A stretch of 64,000 nt of DNA from Kiritimatiellia bacterium. GTDB lineage: Bacteria; Verrucomicrobiota; Kiritimatiellia; RFP12; UBA1067. The DNA is taken from positions 736,001 to 800,000 of the forward strand of contig JBMNFY010000017.1 of NCBI GenBank assembly GCA_050949565.1. The letters run 5' to 3'. Positions 1-10,598 of the stretch are shown here, piece by piece (the first letter of the stretch is position 1; each line of letters begins with the position of its first letter). A program made the position numbers and the translations under genes. Below the pieces are notes generated by a model. The model made no database searches. It was not told where the DNA came from and worked only from the letters and a program-made list of their open reading frames with translations.

Positions 1-440
1 GAGCAGAGATCGTCTACTTGGATGCATACGCCTGCGTGCCTGCAACGCGGGCACGCCTGACCGTCAACGGCCGTCCGCTCACCATCATCGGCGTGCACCT
101 GTTCGTGCCGTACAACCACGCCACGTGGCTAGCGCAAAAACGACAGGCGCAACGGCTGGCGTCACTCGCGCGCGATGTCACAGGCTCCTGCGTCGTGACC
201 GGCGACTTCAACACCACGCCATGGACCGCCCGTTTCCAGGATATCCTTACCGACAGCGGTCTGCGCGACAGCGCGCGCGGACATTGCTTACAGCCGACCT
301 GGCCGGCCTTCCTGCCGCCATTTATGCGCATCCCTTTGGATCACGCCCTCCACTCGCCCGACGTGCATGTGGTAGCGCGGCGGCTCGGTCCGTCCATCGG
401 CTCCGACCACCTGCCGGTCATTCTTGATATCGCTTTTTGA
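1..440 (+). CDS. Endonuclease/exonuclease/phosphatase (EEP, YafD-like) family protein, 5'-truncated by window edge
   Basis: GDFN, LDH and GSDHLP motifs typical of the EEP superfamily. Confidence 0.85.
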   Translation, partial: AEIVYLDAYACVPATRARLTVNGRPLTIIGVHLFVPYNHATWLAQKRQAQRLASLARDVTGSCVVTGDFNTTPWTARFQDILTDSGLRDSARGHCLQPTWPAFLPPFMRIPLDHALHSPDVHVVARRLGPSIGSDHLPVILDIAF

Positions 441-452
441 AGCTTGAAACCA

Positions 453-3359
453 TCACTTCAGCCGTCGTATCACGGCGGCGGTGTCAGTCGCCACGATACC
501 GGGCTGGAGCGTCAGCAGGCCGTCAACGGCTTTGACGCGCTCGCGCCGCAGTTCCGCGCCCTGCCACGTTTCCCACCATGTCACCTCATATTCGCCATCG
601 GGGAATGCCGTCAGCGTGTATGTCGCCGCAGGGAACGGACGGATCTCATCCGCATGGCGCGCATGGTTCACCCATGTGCTGTCATTGTTCTGAATCCAGA
701 CGATGGCGGCGCTCTCGGCGGCCAGTGCATAGCAGTTGACCTCTTGGGTCTCGGTCGTGCGGCAACCACTGAACAGATACCGCGGCACCGACACCCAGTC
801 GCGCCCGTGATTCTCGACGCGGATGCGGCGGCGTCCGGCCTTGACCGGCACCGTCAGCGTCTCATTGTAGACCGACTCCCACAGTTTCCACGTGTCAACG
901 TAACGCCACGACTCGCCGTGGTTCTCGCCGCACGGCAACTCGCGATCCAGCACCAACACGTCGTCGACAAACACCTTGATATGTCCGCTGCTTGAAACCC
1001 TCTCGACGTGCAACCCAAAGGTGCCGTCCGCCGGGTAGGTCACCTCAAATGTCGGCGGGCAGACCAGATTACGGTGACCTCCGCCGTGCAGCAGCGCCAG
1101 CAACTCTTCGGCCGGCGTGACCGTGCCGTCCGGATGTACCTCGAAGCGGTCCGCGCCTGCTTTGCGGAAACCCGTGCGGGTAAGCGCGACAACATCACGC
1201 TGCGCCGGGCGCGCCGGCCTTCTGAGCGTGCCGGGACCGCGCACTTCCACCGGACGCCAGCGCTCGGTACCGAACGGCAGCCCCGTCACAAAACGCCGCA
1301 GGGCGCGGAAATGGAAGTAGAGGTTCTTGGGCTCGATGTAGTTCTCGTGCCACCACGGCATAGCCGCACCGCACGCGCCACTGGCGAGCGACGCCCACGA
1401 GGTGTTGTGAATCGCACGACCGTCCGGATCGTCGTCTGCCTTGAAGTTGTGGCTGCGAATGCCGAACTCGGCGAAGAGGTGCGGCTTTTCAAAGTCCTCC
1501 CACTGCTTGCGGCAAAAAGCGTGCGCTTCCAGTGCGGTGTTCAAATCGTTGTTGGCATAACTGTGAGTCTGCACCAGCGCCAACTCGGGAATCCGCCAAC
1601 AAGCCTCCGGACCGGTCTTCGACCACCAACTCGTAGAGATCACGTGATCGTACGGGTCCAGCGCGGCCAACAACGGTGCCATCTCGCGGTGCCACGCTAT
1701 GATATCCTCCTGTTTCGCATCCGCCCAGCCCTCGAACTCATTGCCGAACTCCCAGCACATCACATGCGGGCTGTAGGCCCAGCGCGCTACCGTGTAGCGC
1801 AAGCGCCGACGGTAGAAGGCCTTGGCCGTCTCATTCGTGAACCACGCGCCGGCCGTTTCGCACGGTCCGCCCTGCGCGACGTTGTAGGGATTGGCTTTCC
1901 AACCCTCCCGGCGGAAATCCTGATGCGTGTCCATGCAGAGCATGTAGGTCATGCCGAGCCGTCCCGCATCCTCCAGCAGGTTGTCCAGTTTAGCAGCGGC
2001 ATCCTGACGGTACCAGCCGAGTTGCGGTTCCCACTCGATCCCCAATCCGCTTTTAGACATCCACCAGCGGTTCCAGTTTTCTCCGTGCGCGGCCATCTTC
2101 TCAAGGATCTGCTGGACCGTCATGCCGTTGCTGCCTTGATAGATCGGCACGTTATGGCCGATCGGCACATACCCCTCGCCGTTGTCATACGCAAGATAGC
2201 GCGGATCAGCCCGGCTGACACGTATGAAACCTTTGGCCTGACGGTCTTCCGTAACCTCCACCGGTTGCGGCAGCGTGAATGTGCGCGTGCCGGAACGGTC
2301 ACGCGCCGTCAACGTGATTCGCATCGGGCCAACCTCTGTCGCAGCCAGCCGCACCTTCCACTGACCGACGCCCTCCGAAAGCAACAGTTCCGATTCCCCA
2401 TCACCGGGCAGCGCTGTATGGCGCACCATGAAAAAGCCCGGCAGGGTATAGCGCCGTCCTGACGCCGTGACCACCTGCGCATCAAGCGCGATGTCATCCG
2501 GATCATACGGATTGTCCCACGTCCCGTTCAGCGTGACATCCAATTCGCACTTGCCGTAAAGCGGCACGGTGCGCGGTGCCTGCGCTGTAAGCGCCAATTC
2601 ACCGCGACTGGTCACAGCAGGCCGCACGATCTTCGGCATAGACGAGACACCGAGCGACAGCGCCACGTGCAACGTCTCACCGAGCGCGACGTCACGCTGT
2701 TTCGTCAGTTTGATCTCGTAAACATGCCAATCCGGACTGATGTATGAACGTAGATAACGCACACCGTCGCCGCGCAGACGGCAGGCGGTCCCGCCCTCGC
2801 GGCCGATGTAAAGCTCTTTGAACATGCCCTCGACCGCCTTGCCAAGCGGCGCATCCTTGGTCGGCATCAGGTAGATGCGGCGCGGATCGCCGTCTTTCTG
2901 CGCCTGCGTCGCCAACGAGAGCCAGACACCATCAGTCAGCCGCAACTCCCCGGTTTTGACAAGCGCCAATCGCACTTCGGCCCCCTCGGCCGACGGCACG
3001 AGGTCCATCGTGTAGCGCACCGGCGCTGAACCCTCGCGCGCGCCCCACAGACCGACCAGACGCAAGACACCGTTCGCCTCCAGAGTAGCGCTCTCCGAAT
3101 GTCCCTTAGGTTGCGTTTCGTACAGATAGGCACCATGCCAGAGGAAGAACACCAGATCCAACGCGGGCTGATCCTCCGCACGCAGCGTCATTCGTCCGCG
3201 GTTGTCGCATGTGAGCGTCCCGCGCGCCAGCGCCAGTTCGAAACCCGAGTCTGTGGCGCGCCAAGCCGACGGCACTGCATCGGCGCCCAGCGCCGCATAG
3301 CCAACAACCATCAATGCTGCCGCAAACACACGAAAGCACGTACACCGCTCACGCATCAT
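453..3359 (-). CDS. Secreted clan GH-A glycoside hydrolase (GH5-like, DUF5060-type N-terminal module)
   Basis: Signal peptide; NPYDPDDI module; RYTVARWAYSPHVMCWEFGNE acid/base motif; KPHLFAEFG nucleophile motif. Confidence 0.75.
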   Translation of the reverse strand: MMRERCTCFRVFAAALMVVGYAALGADAVPSAWRATDSGFELALARGTLTCDNRGRMTLRAEDQPALDLVFFLWHGAYLYETQPKGHSESATLEANGVLRLVGLWGAREGSAPVRYTMDLVPSAEGAEVRLALVKTGELRLTDGVWLSLATQAQKDGDPRRIYLMPTKDAPLGKAVEGMFKELYIGREGGTACRLRGDGVRYLRSYISPDWHVYEIKLTKQRDVALGETLHVALSLGVSSMPKIVRPAVTSRGELALTAQAPRTVPLYGKCELDVTLNGTWDNPYDPDDIALDAQVVTASGRRYTLPGFFMVRHTALPGDGESELLLSEGVGQWKVRLAATEVGPMRITLTARDRSGTRTFTLPQPVEVTEDRQAKGFIRVSRADPRYLAYDNGEGYVPIGHNVPIYQGSNGMTVQQILEKMAAHGENWNRWWMSKSGLGIEWEPQLGWYRQDAAAKLDNLLEDAGRLGMTYMLCMDTHQDFRREGWKANPYNVAQGGPCETAGAWFTNETAKAFYRRRLRYTVARWAYSPHVMCWEFGNEFEGWADAKQEDIIAWHREMAPLLAALDPYDHVISTSWWSKTGPEACWRIPELALVQTHSYANNDLNTALEAHAFCRKQWEDFEKPHLFAEFGIRSHNFKADDDPDGRAIHNTSWASLASGACGAAMPWWHENYIEPKNLYFHFRALRRFVTGLPFGTERWRPVEVRGPGTLRRPARPAQRDVVALTRTGFRKAGADRFEVHPDGTVTPAEELLALLHGGGHRNLVCPPTFEVTYPADGTFGLHVERVSSSGHIKVFVDDVLVLDRELPCGENHGESWRYVDTWKLWESVYNETLTVPVKAGRRRIRVENHGRDWVSVPRYLFSGCRTTETQEVNCYALAAESAAIVWIQNNDSTWVNHARHADEIRPFPAATYTLTAFPDGEYEVTWWETWQGAELRRERVKAVDGLLTLQPGIVATDTAAVIRRLK

Positions 3360-3451
3360 CGACTTTCCCCCTTTATTACGGACGCTCTGCATTCCGCCCC
3401 GTTTCACTTTGAACGTTACGCAGTGATCGTATCATTTCGCCTGTTAGCCGG

Positions 3452-4306
3452 TCAACGCATGCCGCTGCAGAACATGCCACAATGAACGTCGGCATTGTAA
3501 AAGCGCAGCTCTAATTTTCTTGCGGCGATCGTATCCGCGATTTCTTGCCGGGCCTCAGCGCTGCGTTCCACAGGGTGATGCGGCGATGCCAACAAGAACC
3601 CCCACTCTGTATGGAACGAAGGCACGAAGACACGGTACGACGCGACATGCGGGAAGACCTCTTTTAACGTCGTGTACGCCGCCGTGTGTGTACGAAGGTT
3701 GACCGGATTAAAATCACCGGCCTGCATGGCCACGATCCCCTCGGGCGACAATCGGTCGCGTACCAGTTGATAAAACTGGCGTGTGGCAAGGTGATGCGCG
3801 GGGCCGTCCTCGTCGGGTTCGGTCAGATCCAGGATAATCACATCGTAGCGGTCCGAGCGATCTTCTAGAAGGCGCAACACATCGCCGATGTACAGCTCCA
3901 TCCGCGGATCGTCGTAACAGTTCCCGTGCCACTGCGGCAAATGGAGGCGGCAGAGTTCCACGACTTCGCCATCGATGTCCGCCATAACCAATTGCAAAAC
4001 GCTCTCGTGCCGAAGCACTTCACGAGCCGTCGCGCCCTCTCCCCCGCCGGCGATCAAGACACGCCGGGGCGATGGATGTAAAACCATGGCCGGGTGCACC
4101 AGCGCCTCGTGGTAGCGATGTTCATCAAAGGCAGCGGATTGCAACTCGCCATCCAGAATCAGCATCCTGCCGAAAATCTCGTTCTCAACGATTTCGATCC
4201 GCTGGAAAGCTGTCTGTTGATCGACCAACGTGCCCGACAGCGGGAAGAGATGAACCACGCCCGGACTTGTTCGGTCAGCGTGCCACTCCTTGTCAGAAAA
4301 GAACAT
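3452..4306 (-). CDS. speE: Polyamine aminopropyltransferase (spermidine synthase)
   Basis: FGRMLILDG, YHEALVHP, VLIAGGGEG and YDVIILD motifs; overlaps speD; start chosen at MFFSDK. Confidence 0.92.
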   Translation of the reverse strand: MFFSDKEWHADRTSPGVVHLFPLSGTLVDQQTAFQRIEIVENEIFGRMLILDGELQSAAFDEHRYHEALVHPAMVLHPSPRRVLIAGGGEGATAREVLRHESVLQLVMADIDGEVVELCRLHLPQWHGNCYDDPRMELYIGDVLRLLEDRSDRYDVIILDLTEPDEDGPAHHLATRQFYQLVRDRLSPEGIVAMQAGDFNPVNLRTHTAAYTTLKEVFPHVASYRVFVPSFHTEWGFLLASPHHPVERSAEARQEIADTIAARKLELRFYNADVHCGMFCSGMR

Positions 4307-4709
4307 ACTGATACTCCGCCCGGTCCGAATCTGTCGGTCTGCGTCCCGGCGCATTGTGAAAGATACCGCGGAAGACTTCCTTGGTCCGGACTGATTTGGC
4401 GCGTAGGCGCTTTTCAAGGTATTGCGACGCAATCCAAGGATCCACGTTGGACCCGCAGGTAAAGACATCCAGTGCGGCGTAGCCATATTCAGGCCAAGTA
4501 TGAATCGCTAAATGCGACTCTGCGATCATGACGAAACCGGTCACGCCTTGCGGTGAAAACTGGTGGAAGGCCGTTTTAAGAATATCGGCACCAGTTTCGA
4601 TGGCGGCAGCGGTCATCGCGTCGGTTATCAACTGGAGGTCATCAAGGATCTCCATGGGGCATCCGTACAACTCTGTCAAAATATGACGTCCCAGCGCATT
4701 CTTTTTCAC
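4293..4709 (-). CDS. speD: S-adenosylmethionine decarboxylase proenzyme
   Basis: FSPQGVT..IAESHLAIHTWPEYGYAALDVFTCG motif; AGGAGG RBS before the GTG start. Confidence 0.95.
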   Translation of the reverse strand: MKKNALGRHILTELYGCPMEILDDLQLITDAMTAAAIETGADILKTAFHQFSPQGVTGFVMIAESHLAIHTWPEYGYAALDVFTCGSNVDPWIASQYLEKRLRAKSVRTKEVFRGIFHNAPGRRPTDSDRAEYQYVLF

Positions 4710-4864
4710 ACCGAACACCTCCTTATAGCAGACATCATACCACAGAAAGCCAAGATGTCAAATGCGACGAAAAAGCAGAGCAGCGCTTTTACACTCATCA
4801 TTGCGGACCACTGCGTGGTCGCAATAAGCCCCGCGACCTACGGCTGGAACAACCCCCAGAACAA

Positions 4865-4950
4865 CTCTGCGTCTCTGCGCCTCTGCGTTAAACAAACCCG
4901 AGCAGCGTCTCCAAAAACCTTCGTGCCCTTTGTACCTTTGTGTGAGAAAA
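4865..4950 (-). repeat. Two triple-9-mer modules (AACGCAGAGGCGCAGAGACGCAGAG; CACAAAGGTACAAAGGGCACGAAG)
   Basis: Read directly; the same modules recur across the window. Confidence 0.85.
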
Positions 4951-4970
4951 AACCGAGCCTTGCATGAAAC

Positions 4971-6173
4971 CTAATCGTTAAAGAAGCCGTTGAAAACGTT
5001 CGCCGCTTGCTCGAACAGGGCCGGAACGGGTGCGGCCTGCGCAACCGGAGACGGCGCATAGAGCCACGGCACCGGCACGCGCGTGACCCGCGAATGCGCG
5101 AGGCCGGACATCGCGCAGTAGCCGAGCAGCACAGCGTCATCCATCGGGTGGATCGCAATGTAGCAGTACCAGCCTTGCGGATTGCCTTCCAGAACTTTGA
5201 TATTCTGCCATGTCTTGCCATCGTCTTTAGAAATCGCCGTGCTCAGCGGCACGCGCCTGTTTTTCAGACTGTTCGGAATGGCGGCATGATCGTTCCAGAC
5301 CAGCAGCAAATCGCCGGTCGAGGGCAACCGCTTGATCGAAGCAGGCGAAACGGGAGATTTGATTTCCGAAGCGATCGGCGCACTCCACGTGTCACCGCCG
5401 TCGGAAGACCAAGCGAGATACTGGCAACCGCCACTCGCGCGGATGAACATCATCACGCGTCCGTCCTTCAGCTCCACCACCCCCGGCTCCTGCGTAGTGA
5501 TGCGCTTACCGGTTGTGTCATAACCCTTTTGCACAGTCTTGCTGCGACGCCACGTCTTGCCGTTATCATCCGACAGGTAGCACATCAGCACCCCTTGCCA
5601 ATCTGCCTTGGATGCGCCCAGCGGCCAATGCAGACAGACCGGTGCCACCAGACGTCCGCCCTTAAGTTGTATGACGCGGTCATTGTTCAGCACATAATAA
5701 CCGACCTCATCCGTGATACACATCGTTGGCGCGCTCCAAGTCGTGCCCTCGTCCCGCGAGAGCCGCATCACCGGACGGCAGTCCTGCTCGCTGTTCTTGA
5801 GCAGATAGAAGAGCGCGATCTCCCCGTTCTGCAGGCGTAACAGACTCACGGACATGACATTCATGCCGCCCTCGTTCGGCACGATCATCCGATCCTCCTG
5901 CGTCCATGTCCGGCCGCCGTCGGACGAATAACGCCCCGCCAAGTGCGCAGCGGAGTGGTCGCCTCCGCCGCCCGTGAAATGCGTGTAGACAAACAGAATG
6001 CGTCCGTCCTTAAGTGTGACGAACGCCCCCTCGCTGTTACGCGGATTGCCCGCACCCGGCCGCAGTTCAAGAGTCCGCACAGGGATATCCTGCGCACGCG
6101 CGCCAACAGCGATCAACAGCGCGGCAGCCAGCCCCGTCCGCGCCAAGCTCATGGTATACTTGTTCTTTTTCAT
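4971..6173 (-). CDS. Sialidase/BNR (Asp-box) family protein, possibly C-terminally truncated
   Basis: Signal peptide; five SxDxGxTW Asp-boxes. Confidence 0.85.
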   Translation of the reverse strand: MKKNKYTMSLARTGLAAALLIAVGARAQDIPVRTLELRPGAGNPRNSEGAFVTLKDGRILFVYTHFTGGGGDHSAAHLAGRYSSDGGRTWTQEDRMIVPNEGGMNVMSVSLLRLQNGEIALFYLLKNSEQDCRPVMRLSRDEGTTWSAPTMCITDEVGYYVLNNDRVIQLKGGRLVAPVCLHWPLGASKADWQGVLMCYLSDDNGKTWRRSKTVQKGYDTTGKRITTQEPGVVELKDGRVMMFIRASGGCQYLAWSSDGGDTWSAPIASEIKSPVSPASIKRLPSTGDLLLVWNDHAAIPNSLKNRRVPLSTAISKDDGKTWQNIKVLEGNPQGWYCYIAIHPMDDAVLLGYCAMSGLAHSRVTRVPVPWLYAPSPVAQAAPVPALFEQAANVFNGFFND

Positions 6174-6178
6174 TTTCG

Positions 6179-6224
6179 TCCTAAATCCTAACTCCTAAAT
6201 GCTAACTCCTAAATGCCAACTCCG
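6179..6224. repeat. 7-mer microsatellite (CCTAAAT/CCTAACT)
   Basis: About six degenerate 7-mers; same family at about 33025-33053, 34690-34720 and 59442-59463. Confidence 0.8.
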
Positions 6225-6227
6225 CCC

Positions 6228-6881
6228 TCACCGGAGCATCAGAACAAATCCGGACTCCGCCGGGCCGTACAGCACGTTCAGCGTGCCCGTCCCCGAGAAG
6301 TAGGCGGACGACGGCTTGACCGGCGCGGACGATTCGATCCCGCCATAGAGACCGGGCGACCTCGGCCGACCGCCCAACACCAGCCGGTCAACATCGACCA
6401 CGCCCGCGAAATCAAGCTCCGTCACCACCCCATCCGCAATGCTTAGCGTCACACCGGACGGGAAGGGCGTTGCCGTTCCTTCGAGCACCACGGACGCACC
6501 CGCCGCACGGACCGCGAGGTTGGTGAGGTTAGGCATCGGGGCGCTCAACTCCAAAGTCCCGTCCCGTGTCCACGCCGGATAGCAAGCCTGGCCCGCGCCG
6601 CCCACCAGCGTGGTCACCTTGCCACTCGCCAGATCGACAACGGCGATGTCCAGATCACCCGCCGCATCTGTCTGGAAAGCGATCCGCCGTCCGTCGGGCG
6701 ACCAGACCGCCTCGGTGTCGTTACCCGCACCCGTGGTGACCGGGACAACGCGGTCACATTGACACGACAACCCGTCCGTAGGCCCTTGCGTACGCTGCGC
6801 CGCGTATCCTCCGATTACCAGCCCGCACAACAGGCACCCGATCCCGAGCGCCCCACATCTCCATCTGGTTTTTGTCTTCAT
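6228..6881 (-). CDS. Apparently chimeric secreted protein: TolB/PD40-like repeats fused to a different C-terminus ending GFVLMLR
   Basis: WSPDGRRIAF and PAWTRDG PD40 motifs, then an abrupt switch to a YFSGTGTLNV...GFVLMLR tail. Confidence 0.55.
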   Translation of the reverse strand: MKTKTRWRCGALGIGCLLCGLVIGGYAAQRTQGPTDGLSCQCDRVVPVTTGAGNDTEAVWSPDGRRIAFQTDAAGDLDIAVVDLASGKVTTLVGGAGQACYPAWTRDGTLELSAPMPNLTNLAVRAAGASVVLEGTATPFPSGVTLSIADGVVTELDFAGVVDVDRLVLGGRPRSPGLYGGIESSAPVKPSSAYFSGTGTLNVLYGPAESGFVLMLR

Positions 6882-7284
6882 GCTTCCTCCCGCCGCCCTG
6901 CCCGCATCGAGCGTTCAGAGCGTCAACACCCTACCCAGTCATCGCCTCTATATTACCTCTTTCGGTCAATTAAATCGTGCGCGAAATGCGGATTCTTTTT
7001 TTGTTGTGTTTTGTGTCGGTTTTTTAACGCAGGGACGCAAACGCAGAGTACCTCTGTGAGAGAAAAAACTTGGACGTTGAACGTTGGTCAAAAACGTTCT
7101 TGCACCATCCCCCTCCTTTCGTCATCATATCTCCACAGTGGTTTTCGGATGATGTTTGCGCCGCGCTCAATCCAACCCAAGAGGTCAGCTATGAACAACA
7201 CCGCCCTGTGGATGAAACTTGAAACCAGGAACCAGGAACCAGAAACCAACCTCTGCGTCTCTGCGCCTCTGCGTTAAACGGTCC

Positions 7285-9858
7285 ATGCTCGCGCTTGCTT
7301 GCGCGGGCCTGTTCGCCGTCGCCGCCAGCGCCGCCCCGACCGGAGAAACGGCGGCTCCGATGTCGCCGCAGGATACGAACCCCTACATCACCTTCTCAAG
7401 CTCTTTAAAGTTCTATGTCTGGCCGCAAGTGGTAACGCCGGGCGGGAAGCTTTACTACTCCACCGACGCGAAGACCTGGAATCCGCACACCTCCCAAAAC
7501 ATGGAAGCGGCGATCGACTCGTCCGGAGTCTATAAGCTGTACGTCCGCGGGACGGGCAACAGACGGATGACGGATCCCAATAACCCCGGCTGGCAAATCA
7601 CCGCCCCGAATCCGGACACCCGGGTCGACTGCTCCGGCAATCTCGCGACCCTGCTCGACTATGCAACGGTGACCGCCGGCCAGCATCCGCCGATGGATGA
7701 CTACTGCTTCGCGAACCTCTTCGAGGGCTGTACGCTGCTCAGCAGCGCGCCGTCGCCGCCGGCGGCGAATCTGACGTATGCCTGCTGCCGCTACATGTTC
7801 GCAGACTGCACGAACCTGACGAACGCGCCCGCGCTGCCCGCCACGACGCTGGCTACCGAATGCTACAACTGCATGTTCGAGGGCTGCACGGCACTGACGC
7901 GCGCACCGGAGCTGCCGGCCATGAATCTGGCACTCGGCTGCTACGCCTTCATGTTCATCGGCTGCGGGAGCCTGACCAAGGCGCCCGCGCTGCCAGCCAC
8001 GACGCTGGCGCCCGCCTGCTACCGCCAGATGTTCGGCTCCTGCGGGAGCCTGACCAAGACGCCCGCGCTACCGGCCATGACGCTGACATCCTTCTGCTAC
8101 GGGAACATGTTCTACGACTGTCCGGGACTGACGGAATTGCCGGTGCTCCCGGCGACGAATCTGGCCGCGAATTGCTACGACAAAATGTTCCAGAGATGCA
8201 CGGGCATCAAAGTGTCCACCGCAGGCCCCGGAGTACAATGGAGCATCCCGAGCAACGCCAACGCGACGGCGGCAACGGACTGGAACTATAGGATGTTCGA
8301 CGGCACGGGCGGCACCTTCAAAGGCGCCCCGGATATCGGCACCCCCTACTACTATACGCTGCCCGGAACGTTCGCGGAACTCCCCGGCGCGACCAACGGG
8401 CTGTGGCTCTGCGAAATGTCGGTCCTCCCGGCGCACTCCAACACCGTCGTCTTCACGGCCGGCCAGACGCCGCCGCCCCCGCCCGGCAACCCGGACAGCG
8501 TGAACGGCCTCCTCCTGCTCGCGCCGCCGCCCGCCGGCCCCGTCCGCCCTCTGGATACACCGGCCCCGTCCGTCACGGTCCAGCCCCTGCGCATGACGGA
8601 TGGCACAGTGTTCCTCGGCGACGGCGGCTGGTACTGCCTGTGCGATAACTCCGCGTGCGCCTGGCCGGATTACGCGATGATCGGCTGCGATACCGTCAGC
8701 ATGGCGATGAACGGTGTCACGGGCGACACCCCGCTCATCTCCAAAGAGGACGCGCTGGAGATTTTCATGGCGCGACAACCCAGCATCCAGTGCACGATAA
8801 CCCAGCCCGTGGTGAATGTGACCTTTCCGTTCTTGTACGGCAAGGCCATCTTCTCGGTCAGGCCGTGCGGGGCCATCGGCGGGGTCTTCGGCGCGGAACA
8901 CGCCCCGTGGCATGAACCGGATTACGACGACTCATCCCTTTGCGGCGGGATCGGCTGCATCTGTGACGGCGGGCCGCGCTGGGACATCGGCTTCAACCAC
9001 TCCGCCGTCAACACCCGTAACCTCTCCCGCATCAAGACCGACAATGACGACGTGGACACCACCGAGCACTGTCTCGGCGTGGTCTGGAGCGCCGGCGAGA
9101 AGGTCAACCTCTTCGGCCTGCTGGACGACAGCTATCTGAACATGCCTGGTAAAGACAAGCTGAGCTTCACCTCCGACAACCTGACGGTCCACGACAACGG
9201 CGAACTGCTGTTCGGCGGCAATCCCAAGGATTTAGAGCCCCAAATCAGTCTGGTGAAGCTACACTACAGGCCCAACGAAAAAACAGACGTTATTTTCGAC
9301 AAGCTCTGGGTGGTCGTCAACAGACCTGACACAAAGACGAAATTCGACAACTGGTACGCGCAAAACGCCGACATCAGTTGGACGACAAGCCTGCCGCGCC
9401 CGTTCGCCAGCATCACCATTAATATTTCCGGCGGAACCACAAATGTTGTTAACCCGGAACCGAACCCATCCGTTATCGGTGGGTACTGGCACCCACCGGA
9501 AGCTAAGAACACCTACATGCACCATGACGCAAAATATGAGATGCGGTCCAAACCCACTTCACGTGGTCACGGCCATCAGGCGATGTACGACAATCTCGGT
9601 GCTCTGATTGAGACCCCTATTGCGGCGGGAACAGCGGACATTGTCGCACCGATTAATCATCGAGGACAGATTAAATTGAGTTGGGGGCACTGGGCTGGCG
9701 ACGTTCGGCCCTATATACAGGCTCTGCAACTTGACGGTAATCCGGTTCACCCCACAGACACTAACCAGAACTTCACCCGCCCCTGCATTTACAAAGGGCC
9801 AAACACGGACAAGTACGTCGAAAGACGCCCCGTTTTACCAACAGGAACACAGCCATGA
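7285..9858 (+). CDS. Large secreted protein with BspA/LRR-like repeats (APALPATTLAxxCYxxMFxGCxxL) and an AMOP-like C-terminal domain; putative polymorphic toxin/adhesin
   Basis: Signal-like N-terminus; about 7 repeats of 24 aa; Pro-rich linker; lower-GC tip with H..A...RS...GHQAMYD..G.LI...GTAD...H...DV.P...Y..RRP. Confidence 0.65.
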   Translation: MLALACAGLFAVAASAAPTGETAAPMSPQDTNPYITFSSSLKFYVWPQVVTPGGKLYYSTDAKTWNPHTSQNMEAAIDSSGVYKLYVRGTGNRRMTDPNNPGWQITAPNPDTRVDCSGNLATLLDYATVTAGQHPPMDDYCFANLFEGCTLLSSAPSPPAANLTYACCRYMFADCTNLTNAPALPATTLATECYNCMFEGCTALTRAPELPAMNLALGCYAFMFIGCGSLTKAPALPATTLAPACYRQMFGSCGSLTKTPALPAMTLTSFCYGNMFYDCPGLTELPVLPATNLAANCYDKMFQRCTGIKVSTAGPGVQWSIPSNANATAATDWNYRMFDGTGGTFKGAPDIGTPYYYTLPGTFAELPGATNGLWLCEMSVLPAHSNTVVFTAGQTPPPPPGNPDSVNGLLLLAPPPAGPVRPLDTPAPSVTVQPLRMTDGTVFLGDGGWYCLCDNSACAWPDYAMIGCDTVSMAMNGVTGDTPLISKEDALEIFMARQPSIQCTITQPVVNVTFPFLYGKAIFSVRPCGAIGGVFGAEHAPWHEPDYDDSSLCGGIGCICDGGPRWDIGFNHSAVNTRNLSRIKTDNDDVDTTEHCLGVVWSAGEKVNLFGLLDDSYLNMPGKDKLSFTSDNLTVHDNGELLFGGNPKDLEPQISLVKLHYRPNEKTDVIFDKLWVVVNRPDTKTKFDNWYAQNADISWTTSLPRPFASITINISGGTTNVVNPEPNPSVIGGYWHPPEAKNTYMHHDAKYEMRSKPTSRGHGHQAMYDNLGALIETPIAAGTADIVAPINHRGQIKLSWGHWAGDVRPYIQALQLDGNPVHPTDTNQNFTRPCIYKGPNTDKYVERRPVLPTGTQP

Positions 9859-10598
9859 AAACCAAAAAAACAATTAGTCCTGCCCTCCTCTTCATATCTG
9901 TGTTACTGGTCAATCAGTGTCACGGACAGAGTAACGTCGTTTACTATGGAGCACACTCAAATTCGATAAGCGTCTCATTCGTTGACACAAATCTCTCCGT
10001 GTCGGCAAAAGCCTCCATTGTGGCTGATTTGCAGATATGCTTGAGCGAGTGGGGAAAGGGAGAGTTACGTTTATGGAACGAGGGTGACTATGTTGGATAC
10101 ATCGATAACCCCACTCGCTGTCCGCATTATCCAGAAGATATGGAGTTTCCTGAAAAGGTCGTATCAAACGGCGTATCAGGCTTAGCTCTGCATATCCCCA
10201 AAAACCTCAGTGACGCCTACACCAACGCCTTCGCGTTCGCTGCCGCGAACTCCAATATCGTGGCTGCGGCTTACGAGTTTGTGGCGTTCGTCTCTTCCAG
10301 TAACTTTGTTGCCCTCTCGTCGAATGCCCTTCCTGACTACGTCATGCAGAAAAACATGTCTACAAATGATATTGTCGAGACCGCTGACGAAATTTTCTCT
10401 GATCTTCAAAAGCAAACCTATTATCCACCAAGTATCCTGGGCTTTTATTATAGTCAAAGAGGCCCGTCTGTGTCTAACCTGTGGTTGCATGTTCCCAGCT
10501 CGATCAATCCACCTCTGGGAATGGACTGGCTTCCCTTCCCCGCGCTTTGGCATGAAGGAAAATGGCGGTTCTGTGTTTGGGACAACTGGGTTCAGTGA
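9855..10598 (+). CDS. Secreted hypothetical protein, candidate cognate immunity/partner protein
   Basis: ATGA overlap with upstream gene; signal peptide; lower GC; paralogous fragment downstream. Confidence 0.6.
   Translation: MKTKKTISPALLFISVLLVNQCHGQSNVVYYGAHSNSISVSFVDTNLSVSAKASIVADLQICLSEWGKGELRLWNEGDYVGYIDNPTRCPHYPEDMEFPEKVVSNGVSGLALHIPKNLSDAYTNAFAFAAANSNIVAAAYEFVAFVSSSNFVALSSNALPDYVMQKNMSTNDIVETADEIFSDLQKQTYYPPSILGFYYSQRGPSVSNLWLHVPSSINPPLGMDWLPFPALWHEGKWRFCVWDNWVQ

Noticed and set aside
1008-2462. Long antisense ORFs (also 21350-23077, 34724-36058, 37825-39168, 48869-50266, 53093-54988)
   Set aside because: They are shadow frames of well-supported GC-rich genes on the opposite strand.
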